A stretch of 64,000 nucleotides of DNA from Phoronis australis (lineage: Eukaryota; Animalia; Phoronida). This document shows, in pieces, positions 12,501-24,500 of the stretch; the first letter of the stretch is position 1; the number at the start of each line of letters is the position of its first letter. The notes beneath the pieces were generated by a model. That model ran no database searches and was not told the origin of the DNA. It saw only the letters and a list, made by a program, of their open reading frames with translations. The stretch spans positions 372,001 through 436,000 of the forward strand of contig NMRA01000322.1 in the NCBI GenBank assembly GCA_002633005.1. Reading direction: 5' to 3'. The translations under genes and the position numbers were made by a program.

Positions 12501-15500
12501 CAGGGTCAAGGATGAACCCTTGCTTGAATTTCTAGACGAACGCACACAGGAAGAACAGACAACTCATTTAAAAGACACCAGGCATTCAGCTCATGTCAGT
12601 TGGCTGAGTGCAATAAAGCCTTGAAGTTGTCACAGCAAGATTTGAAATGGTGACATTTAATTAAATTTTGTGCATTTTCATTTTCCAATTTATAGAGCAG
12701 AATCAAAATATGAATACTACTAATAGTGCTACAAAATCTTGGTGAGAACAATAGTACGTATTCAGTTTCCTATTAGCTTAGAAACTTTAACTCTCGAATC
12801 TTCAGCTTTAACTGGCTAAATTATCACATATATTTACAGCTGCAAAAATTTGCCTTGCTTTTGAGCCATCTTTGGGTATTTTTTAGGGGAAATGGGCTGA
12901 CAACCAGCACCAACATTGAGACAACAAGTACCCTACAACAAAGCCAAAGTGAGATGCAGATCACGAGTGATTGGAACGAGCAATTCATGACAGTCAAGAA
13001 AATACTTCCATAACTAGTCTTTAACTTTTAGTGGCTCCCTACTCTGGTCTGTTCCAGCATCCTGAGTCTAGCACTGTCTTGCATTTAGTCCATTCTAAAT
13101 GACTTTTTGTATTGAGTTTAAAATTATTGTAATAAAGAAAGAATATTCGAAAACTGAGCAAAAAGTCTATATTGTATGCGACTAGTCACCATGACATAAA
13201 TTTTCATTTTGATTTGATGACCTCATCATGCCGTTTTCGTAACGTTACTCCATGCATATTCACAGTATGCAAATCACCCATCTATTGGCTGTTATGCAAT
13301 CACTAAGTGACGGGATCAGTCGGGTGTTTCTGTATTTAGAAGGAATCAATATTTTACATCTACTAGCGTGAAAAGTTACTGAATGAATCAAAAAGTGTCA
13401 AGCACCTCAACAAAAATGAAATGTGACAACAAATAGGTTGTTGCGCCGATTCAAAACTATGTGCAGTTGACACGAACACAAACACACAAACACACACACA
13501 CGCACGCGCACACGTGCACGCACCAACACGTACAGACATGAGCACAAGTACAAAACAAGTGAGTCTGATAAACAATATAATTACAACATATCTGAATAAA
13601 CGATTACTAACAGTAAAACCTCTGCAATTTGGGATATGGAAACTTGCAGAAATTTCTCGATTCCTATGGAGTATGTGAATTTGCGGTCTTTCTGGTGATT
13701 CTTGTGTTTGGGATGACCATTTTTGTCTTAATCCCCGACCTGGCACAAATTATTTAACAATGATTTCACTGTCCCGAATTGGAGAATTTTAACTGTACTA
13801 TCAGAATCACACAAAGACATTGCATTGCAGGATGGTTGGTTAACCCCAATAAACTCTTAAGTGTTTTCCTAAGTCACCCTACACTCTTTCAATGTTCTAC
13901 TTGGTAACAGAAATAAAAGGAATTTTACAACACCCATTCCATGAGCGTAAAAAAGCTTAAGTCGATTTTCATTGAAATTAAACACAGCAAAATGCAGCTA
14001 CAAAGTTCCCAGTAAAACCCCGTCAAAATGAATTCAACTGTTGCCAAAATAAACTTAATTAAAAAGCACAGTATAAATCAAGGGAAAATTAGTCGTAAAT
14101 TACGAAATAATGGATAGTTTTGAAAAATTCAGTTAGGCCACGCCCACCATAGCAACCGTTGTGAAGTTCCACGAGCACAAAGTGAACGAGGCTTCATTTG
14201 GATGTCGAATAGATTCAGACAGTGTGACATCACAGCTGCGAGTATTTTTAGCTAAGGTTTTTCAAATTCGGTGAAACAACGGGTGTGCAGTTAAGCTATT
14301 CTAAAGCACAACTTATAATCAGAAATAGACAGCATCAACCTTCGCTGGAGAACAGTTGCAGTTTGCTCTTGGGAATAAGAATACAAGAGACTTGGGTTAT
14401 TGGCAAGGTAATGATTCCATAAGTCATGTTATGGTAAAAAAGAAAATATTTGTAAAAAGTTAAGATTAATTTATTTTGGACTCGCACATTATGAAATATA
14501 TCCCAAAAACCCCAGGCCTTTTATTTTTCATTCTCCATAAATCATTACTCTGCACTTTATGGGCTCCAAACTCCACGAAAAAAACATTTTCCTGCTCTCG
14601 TTAGCAACAAATGTTTACGAGACTGAAGATATTTTCCTGTGAGCTGAATAACTAGCATTCATGAAAAATTGAAAACTTGTGAACGAATTGACTCTAGGTT
14701 TAAGTGTCCAGGAACAATTATGACTAGTCTAACTGCAATAGAACGTGTAGGTAGTGGGCTCACCTTGACTTTCCTAACCTCCTCTGCCTGATACTCAGGT
14801 GTACAGTTATGGTGAATGATACCACAGCCCCCACACAGCTACAATAAATGATGAGAACACTTCCAGACTAACAATAACGACTAATAACAACAATAACGAC
14901 TAATAGCAACAATAACGACTAATAGCAACAATAACGACTAATCAGCAGGTGCTCCCCATTGATATTATTAGTTCATATTTTCATCATGTCATTTACACAC
15001 AAAGTTCATTCACATATTAGGAAAACGTAACAAGATCATGTGATCCCATAATGCAAGCAGTTACGCTGTCCCGAATTGGCACCATAAAAAGTCTCGTACT
15101 TGGTCAAAAACCAAATAAATACAATGCTTATGGAGAGATCCCTCACTTGCACCCACAGCACACTTTAAGTCAAAATGAAGACGTGAAGTTTAAAGCCCCT
15201 TTCATACTAACGTCGAAGCGTCAATGTTTTGTGGAGTTTTGGTCAGTGTGAATGGTTAACTTTGGTCCTGGATCCAAGTTAACAGCATCAGTTAACTTCG
15301 CAGTAAACAGGTGGATTTACCAGTGGATTGTCAACGCTGCGGTATGAACGGTCAACTTTGGTCTCATCAAAGTTATCACCAGGGACCACTGTTATCCTCA
15401 ACAATTAGAAAGCAGCGTCATCACTAATAGTTGCTTATATTTTGCTCGAATAATCACCAATCGAATTTGAGATGAGTTTTATGACAATTAGCACACGTAA

Positions 15501-18500
15501 ATGTTCTCAAAAATCTTAGCATGCATGGAATGCATCAGCGCTACCTTGCGATTACTTCGATAACAAAAGCGTCACCTATCATTTATTTCGAAGCCGTTAA
15601 CTACCAAAGCTGGTATGAACAATTCAATAAACTTCGCACTTTACATCGACGCTCTGCTCATACTGGAGTTAAGTTAGTACGAAAGGGTCTTGAGAATAGT
15701 TTACACCTGCATAGCGGGACATACAAAAGTCACACAATGGCAAGACACTGACAATATCTAAACCCTGATAACAGTGAAACCAGAAATTCAGAGACGGTTC
15801 CAAAAAAATCAAAGAACGAACTTTCCAGCCAAAAATCACTATCAGTTCCAAAAATATTATAGTCACAAAACAGCAAATGTTTGTACATTTTTTTGTCAAT
15901 ATTTGGCATGTCAAAGACTGAGCAACCACTCATTAAGTGGTGGCCAGATGCCCTCACAAATGGCCTGAATGACCCAGTATCGCTATGACAAGCGCTGAAC
16001 TTTTGAAATTTTGCTTTGTGTTTCTATCAGGTGGACAGTGCGATGCCTTCTCAAACAGCAAAAGCAAGCCACTGACATCAGTATAACTTTCACTTACTGC
16101 CATAACTATGGCCATTTGAGACTCAGTCACTGTATCCATGGGTGACGACAACAAAGGTGTCTTCAGGGTAATTTTGCGTGTAAGGGCAGAGGTCAAGTCC
16201 TGAAAAGACACAAAACATTTAAAAACGGATGTGAAGACTAAACAAAATTATGCAAATGACTGACCCAATTATGACTGACACATACGATGGTCACTTCGTG
16301 ATACTCATATGACATATTAGACAGGAAAACAGTTCATAAGGCATACAACAGTGATGTCATACAACAAGTACCCATTATTTACATAGAGGAAAATTACAAC
16401 ATCTGTACACAGGAAGATGGCAACAGGAATGACCCACACCTTAGTGATGAAAATAAATATGCAAGTCCCTCATTGCGTAACTTAGGGTACTGCTTGGGTC
16501 GATACCCATCTGAAATTTGCTTTTAACTGTTAAAACAGTTTGAAAAACAAAATCCACCTGTGACATTTCAAAGCAATTTTATCTTTGATCCAAGAGCTTG
16601 TTTGAAACCTTTCCAACTTGACAGACACTACACTTAACACAGAACCCCCAACATTAGTGGGAACGAAACTAAAAGAACCTATAAGTTACATAAATGGGCT
16701 ATAATTTGCAAGAACAAATCTGACACCTGTGAACCTATTAATCTGAAAATTAGGACTCAACCACAGATAATTACAGCGTGATATAACTACATGTGACGAT
16801 ATTACAGAATTACACCTCAGGATGGCAATTAGCTGTGGAGAGCATTCTGCAGAAGGTCTCAGAGGTAATGAATGATAGGGATCAGAACTGATTGGTGACA
16901 CCAGGGGACAAGTCAGAGTAGGGCTATCCATACCCCGAGCCTCAAACTGACACATGATCAGACTAATTAACAACGCACAAACATACCCAGTAATAACTAA
17001 TCAATAAGATTTCCTAAACATATACTTGCACACACATTCACCACAGCCTCCAAACCCATGTTTAAAAACAATAATTTAAACACCTATGTTCGGTAAAATT
17101 TTTAACAGTTGGAAATTTTAAATCATAAAAATGACATTTTCATGAATGCCCACTCATAAACGGTAACTTCCAAAATGCTAACAGCACACTGCATACTTTG
17201 TATTCACAGGAACATAGTTCAACTTGGTTTGAAGTTGAATTGACAAGCGAACAGGATCACTCCCAAAGCAGGAATGCGAATCAAAAACATTTTTAATTCT
17301 AATGTTCCGTATCACACCTGCCAAGACCGTGAAGAAGGCGCTAGCTGCAACTAGGCCGTAACCGCTAAATTCGACTACTGTATTATCGCAGTCCCACTTT
17401 AAACTGTCACAACTTCGCCATTTCTAAACGTACAGTCATAACTTTGGTATCCACATGCTCAGGAAACATGTAGAATTTGTTTCACAATATCAGTTTCACA
17501 ATATCAGTTTTACATCACAATTACGAACTTTGAAGTTCACGCTTTCTACGAACTTAATGCAAAATCGCGATATACGTCAGTGACGTCATCAACGTCAAGA
17601 GACATCTAGTGATGAATGTTTTGTAATCGCACTTCAATTTTATTTCAAAGGCTTGTTACTTAGTTAAAACACTCAAAATGTTTGATTTATTATAACTACC
17701 TTGTTCAGTACTACCGTTACACCGGTCAACAGTTCCATTGGTGGATATCAGTTACTTATCATGACAGAGGGGCCAGCAATGCACAGCCGGCTGTGGACCT
17801 TTGGTATTACAAAACCATGTGAATGGCCACCGATACCAAGTGGTATCAGAATTATATGGATCTCCATCACCCTCTTTTTAAATCAATGTTTTTACAGTCA
17901 AGGTCATAGTTTTATTTAAGCAGACAAAGAAAAAGTGCACAATAGCACAAACACTAGGCTAGATCACAGTTTACCATACCCAATGTGTATGAGCCAATCA
18001 GCTTCTTCCATGGGTCGTCAATGGTGACCAGTGGTGTGAAAAGGCAGCATCCATAGATTATTTTTTACTGGTCCTGACCAGTGAGGTCCAACAATAGTTC
18101 TATACCCCTGTTCCCTGTCAGATTTTAGAGTGTGAACTGGGTTTCAGAAAGACAATATGTGACTCAATTTCAGAAGAATGGACCCATTTGCATTTTAGGA
18201 AGAGAGTAATGACGAAATTTACCCTTAGAATATAAATTGCCATGTAACTCCTAAAACTGCTGTGACAAGTGCACTACTCGCAGGTGAAACAAACCATAGT
18301 CAATAAAAAGGTTTACTTACCACTTCATCAGCAGTGAAATTGATGAAACCAGGCAAGATGAGAAAGTCACTAAAAAGATGGAAAATACCAATTAGAGATA
18401 AATTAAGGTGACGGTTAACTAGCCTTCATCAATTCGTTTCATGTTTCATCAAATCACTTTACGTATAGCCAAGGATTCATTGTCAACCTATAGTTTATAT

Positions 18501-21500
18501 TTATTTTAGGTCTCTTGTTATTTAAACTCCACAGCACCTTAAGAGTAGATTTATAACAATATTGTTGCATCTTGAATTTTCAAAATGCTAAGGATTTCTT
18601 TACAAACACAGGACAGCAACTGAAAAACAATAATTTAATCAAGTTAGCATTTTGTTTTATTTACATATTATAATGTGCTCCAACTATCTGACTTTGAATT
18701 CTACTAAGAATATGTAAATGACCTATCAGAAAATACTTTTGAAAATGAAAAAGTCCAATGCACCAAGTTTAAATCTGTAGCAACATCTTATGATTTTTTT
18801 TACTTGATATTATTGCAGTCTTTAAAATTTAATCGTTTTAAGGTTCTTGGATGTGAGATACATTTTATTTTCTGCAAGGTTAGAAAGTAAAAATAAGACC
18901 TAATGTTCTTTTTATTGGCTGAAAAGTTGTAATTCTAGGGTGCGATGGATTTATGGAACGAAATGAATGTACAAATTTGAAGTGGGCGTGTGACTTAACG
19001 AATAATCCTTGAGTTCTAAAATTTCGGTCAATAGTATTGAAAGAGAATTTTGAAGGCTGAATACTAACAACTAAACTTTTTATCGCTTTTTTGTGACCGA
19101 TGTACCACACCACAGCATCCAGGAGTTGGCCTNCATCACAGCTGCGAGTATTTTTAGCTAAGGTTTTTCAAATTCGGTGAAACAACGGGTGTGCAGTTAA
19201 GCTATTCTAAAGCACAACTTATAATCAGAAATAGACAGCATCAACCTTCGCTGGAGAACAGTTGCAGTTTGCTCTTGGGAATAAGAATACAAGAGACTTG
19301 GGTTATTGGCAAGGTAATGATTCCATAAGTCATGTTATGGTAAAAAAGAAAATATTTGTAAAAAGTTAAGATTAATTTATTTTGGACTCGCACATTATGA
19401 AATATATCCCAAAAACCCCAGGCCTTTTATTTTTCATTCTCCATAAATCATTACTCTGCACTTTATGGGCTCCAAACTCCACGAAAAAAACATTTTCCTG
19501 CTCTCGTTAGCAACAAATGTTTACGAGACTGAAGATATTTTCCTGTGAGCTGAATAACTAGCATTCATGAAAAATTGAAAACTTGTGAACGAATTGACTC
19601 TAGGTTTAAGTGTCCAGGAACAATTATGACTAGTCTAACTGCAATAGAACGTGTAGGTAGTGGGCTCACCTTGACTTTCCTAACCTCCTCTGCCTGATAC
19701 TCAGGTGTACAGTTATGGTGAATGATACCACAGCCCCCACACAGCTACAATAAATGATGAGAACACTTCCAGACTAACAATAACGACTAATAACAACAAT
19801 AACGACTAATAGCAACAATAACGACTAATAGCAACAATAACGACTAATCAGCAGGTGCTCCCCATTGATATTATTAGTTCATATTTTCATCATGTCATTT
19901 ACACACAAAGTTCATTCACATATTAGGAAAACGTAACAAGATCATGTGATCCCATAATGCAAGCAGTTACGCTGTCCCGAATTGGCACCATAAAAAGTCT
20001 CGTACTTGGTCAAAAACCAAATAAATACAATGCTTATGGAGAGATCCCTCACTTGCACCCACAGCACACTTTAAGTCAAAATGAAGACGTGAAGTTTAAA
20101 GCCCCTTTCATACTAACGTCGAAGCGTCAATGTTTTGTGGAGTTTTGGTCAGTGTGAATGGTTAACTTTGGTCCTGGATCCAAGTTAACAGCATCAGTTA
20201 ACTTCGCAGTAAACAGGTGGATTTACCAGTGGATTGTCAACGCTGCGGTATGAACGGTCAACTTTGGTCTCATCAAAGTTATCACCAGGGACCACTGTTA
20301 TCCTCAACAATTAGAAAGCAGCGTCATCACTAATAGTTGCTTATATTTTGCTCGAATAATCACCAATCGAATTTGAGATGAGTTTTATGACAATTAGCAC
20401 ACGTAAATGTTCTCAAAAATCTTAGCATGCATGGAATGCATCAGCGCTACCTTGCGATTACTTCGATAACAAAAGCGTCACCTATCATTTATTTCGAAGC
20501 CGTTAACTACCAAAGCTGGTATGAACAATTCAATAAACTTCGCACTTTACATCGACGCTCTGCTCATACTGGAGTTAAGTTAGTACGAAAGGGTCTTGAG
20601 AATAGTTTACACCTGCATAGCGGGACATACAAAAGTCACACAATGGCAAGACACTGACAATATCTAAACCCTGATAACAGTGAAACCAGAAATTCAGAGA
20701 CGGTTCCAAAAAAATCAAAGAACGAACTTTCCAGCCAAAAATCACTATCAGTTCCAAAAATATTATAGCCACAAAACAGCAAATGTTTGTACATTTTTTT
20801 GTCAATATTTGGCATGTCAAAGACTGAGCAACCACTCATTAAGTGGTGGCCAGATGCCCTCACAAATGGCCTGAATGGCCCAGTATTGCTATGACAAGCG
20901 CTGAACTTTTGAAATTTTGCTTTGTGTTTCTATCTGGTGGACAGTGCGATGCCTTCTCAAACAGCAAAAGCAAGCCACTGACATCAGTATAACTTTCACT
21001 TACTGCCATAACTATGGCCATTTGAGACTCAGTCACTGTATCCATGGGTGACGACAACAAAGGTGTCTTCAGGGTAATTTTGCGTGTAAGGGCAGAGGTC
21101 AAGTCCTGAAAAGACACAAAACATTTAAAAACGGATGTGAAGACTAAACAAAATTATGCAAATGACTGACCCAATTATGACTGACACATACGATGGTCAC
21201 TTCGTGATACTCATATGACATATTAGACAGGAAAACAGTTCATAAGGCATACAACAGTGATGTCATACAACAAGTACCCATTATTTACATAGAGGAAAAT
21301 TACAACATCTGTACACAGGAAGATGGCAACAGGAATGACCCACACCTTAGTGATGAAAATAAATATGCAAGTCCCTCATTGCGTAACTTAGGGTACTGCT
21401 TGGGTCGATACCCATCTGAAATTTGCTTTTAACTGTTAAAACAGTTTGAAAAACAAAATCCACCTGTGACATTTCAAAGCAATTTTATCTTTGATCCAAG

Positions 21501-24500
21501 AGCTTGTTTGAAACCTTTCCAACTTGACAGACACTACACTTAACACAGAACCCCCAACATTAGTGGGAAAGAACTAAAAGAACCTATAAGTTACATAAAT
21601 GGGCTATAATTTGCACGAACAAATCTGACACCTGTGAACCTATTAATCTGAAAATTAGGACTCAACCACAGATAATTACAGCGTGATCTAACTACAGGCG
21701 AGGATATTACAGAATTACACCTCAGGATGGCAATTAGCTGTGGAGAGTATTCTGCAGAAGGTCTCACAGGTAATGAATGATGGGGATCAGAACTGATTGG
21801 TGACACCAGGGGACAAGTCAGAGTAGGGCTATCCATACCCTGAGCCTCAAACTGACACATGATCAGACTAATTAACAACGCACAAACATACCCAGTAATA
21901 ACTAATCAATAAGATTTCCTAAACATATACTTGCACACACATTCACCACAGCCCCCAAGCCCATGTTTAAAAACAATACCGTAATTTAAACACCTATGTT
22001 CAGTAACATTTTTAACAGTTGGAAATTTTAAATCATAAAAATGCCAACATTTTCATGAACGCCCACTCATAAACGGCAACTTCCAAAATGCTAACAGTAC
22101 ACTGCATACTTTGTATTCACAGGAACATAGAACTTGGTTTGTAGTTGAATTTACTTCCATTTGATAAATTGTGAATATATTTTATAACTTAAGATGTAAG
22201 TCTTTATCCACACAGTTTTTTTTAGTAAAAAAACTCACTATGAGGGGTGGGGGGGGGGGCTTTTTCTAAAATGTAAAAGCCTTGGTCTACACCTTTTTGT
22301 AAAAAAAAACCTCAGTATGTTGAGGGCGAATTGTTGGTGAAAGGTGGTGGGGGGGTGGAGGTACCACGTCGTTGGAATAATGGGGACCCTAGAATATTGA
22401 GAACTCCAATTCGAACACCTTATTTCCAAAATCCTGGAGGAAGCCCCTCTCTCAATGTTCACAACATGAACTCACAGTGCCATAAATAACACATGACCTT
22501 TGACAACTGGCATGACAATGTTTTGCTTTTTGTACCAGATATGCCACTTTCTGAACATGCCCAGAGTCCAAACAAGCCCTTATTATATAATGGTTAATGC
22601 CTTGATATAAAAAAGCAAACTGACTTAATACACGATGATCAGTGTCTATTGACAACCAATGAAAACAGCATCTGTAGACAGAAAGGTAGTGTTCATGCAC
22701 ATGATCGGAGATGGTGGGGAGTTGCAGTCTGAAGTTAAGAGCAAATGGATGCAAGCCTTTGCAAATTTAGATTGCATTTGAAGAAGTTGTTGGATACATA
22801 ATGGTCACAATATAAAACTAAAAGGCAAAGGCAAATTCACAGATATGGCAACATGATCCCACATACGCCTGTCATTGCACATTTGCAGGTTACTTGACCA
22901 CTTCAACCTTGCTACTGTTAAGTGTTTAGAAGTATAGTCAACACGGAACAAGTTGATGTCTACCTCAAAAACAGTAGTAACAAAACTGACACCATGGTGT
23001 CAACTTTTGTTTACAATATTTGTGCCCAAGGGGTATAGAAATGCACTGGTCCAAGGATACGGATGAAATTTGGCCTGTGCCTAGTGAAACTTTTCAGCTG
23101 GCTAGACCGATGTCTAGTGAATATTGAAGCAGGATAATGAAATACATTGCCTCAGTACCCCGACGCCTAAGACTGACAGCTTTCCGCACCCTTAGCACAG
23201 CTTCCGTACTGCTTGTCGATGACTGCCTCGAAGAGTCGACATACCGTGACGAACTTGGGGAAAACACACAGGGCGCATGCCCAGCTAAAACGGGATTCCT
23301 TTTGTTTCCCAACCAACGAAAAAGCCCAAACACGGGAATCCTTAAGCAACCTGAAGCCTTTGCAACAACACAACAATCATGCGTGACCGTTCCAAAACTG
23401 AACTATGATTGGTTGGAGGGCGAATTAGACGAGATCGTCTGGCAAAAGTCACAGGCTCAGAAGCAGGATGGCAAGTGGGTAGAAACAATGAAATGATTCC
23501 TTCTCAAAATGATTTTTAGTTGGTTTAGGTTATATTCAGACGGACAGCAATAGAAAATTCTAATGTTCCGTGTCACGTCTGCCAAGACCGTCAAGAAGGC
23601 GCTAGCTGCAAATAGGCCGTAACCGCTAAATTCGACTACTGTAATACCGCAGTCTCACTTTGAACTGTCACAACTTCGCCATTTCTAAACGTACCGTCAG
23701 AACTTTGGTATCCACATGCTCAGGAAACATGTAGAATTTGTTTCACAATATCAGTTTTACATCACTATTACGAACTTTGAAGTTCACGCTTTCCGCGGAC
23801 TTATAACAAAATCGCGATATACGTCAGTGATGTCATCAACGTGAAGAGACACCTAGTGATGAATGTTTTGTAATCGCGCTTCAATTTTGCAAAAAAAAAA
23901 TAGTTTCAAAGGCTTGTTGCTTAAGTAAAACACTCAAAATGTATGATTCGTGATAACTACGTTGTTCAGTACTACCGTTGATACACCGGTCAACAGTTCC
24001 AGTGGTGGGTGTCATTGGCTTCGGCATACCAGGGTACGTATATCCACTTAGTAGCAACAACAGAGCTGTTTTGAATGAGAGTCAACAATCAGTTACTTAT
24101 CATGACAGAGGGGCCAGCGACGGGAAAGACTGCAAGCCTGATGATTAGCTTGATGTTATTATTTATTATCGGAATAGGAAGTCCTCCAACTTGGTCATGA
24201 AAAATAACATTTCTAAAGCGAAAGTCCGCCCCGTTGCACAGTGGAGTGTTGTTTATGAGGTTGTATGCCCTATGAACGAATGTCTTCGTTCAAACGTCAA
24301 ACAATGTTACATTGGTCAAACGGTTTGCAGTCTTTCCTGTCGGTTATCCATGCATCTTCAAAATGGTGCCATTCAAGATCATTTTCTGCAATACCACGCA
24401 CGTAAAATCACCCGTCAAGAAATTGTGGAAAACACGTCAATTCGCTACGTGGAGCAAGATGTGCTGCATTTGAAAGTATTAGAGTCCCTTTTAATTGCTT

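Noticed and set aside
23094-23496. 119-aa ORF and antisense ORFs inside the block unique to the second IMPDH copy
   Set aside because: No recognisable motif; probably non-coding repeat sequence.
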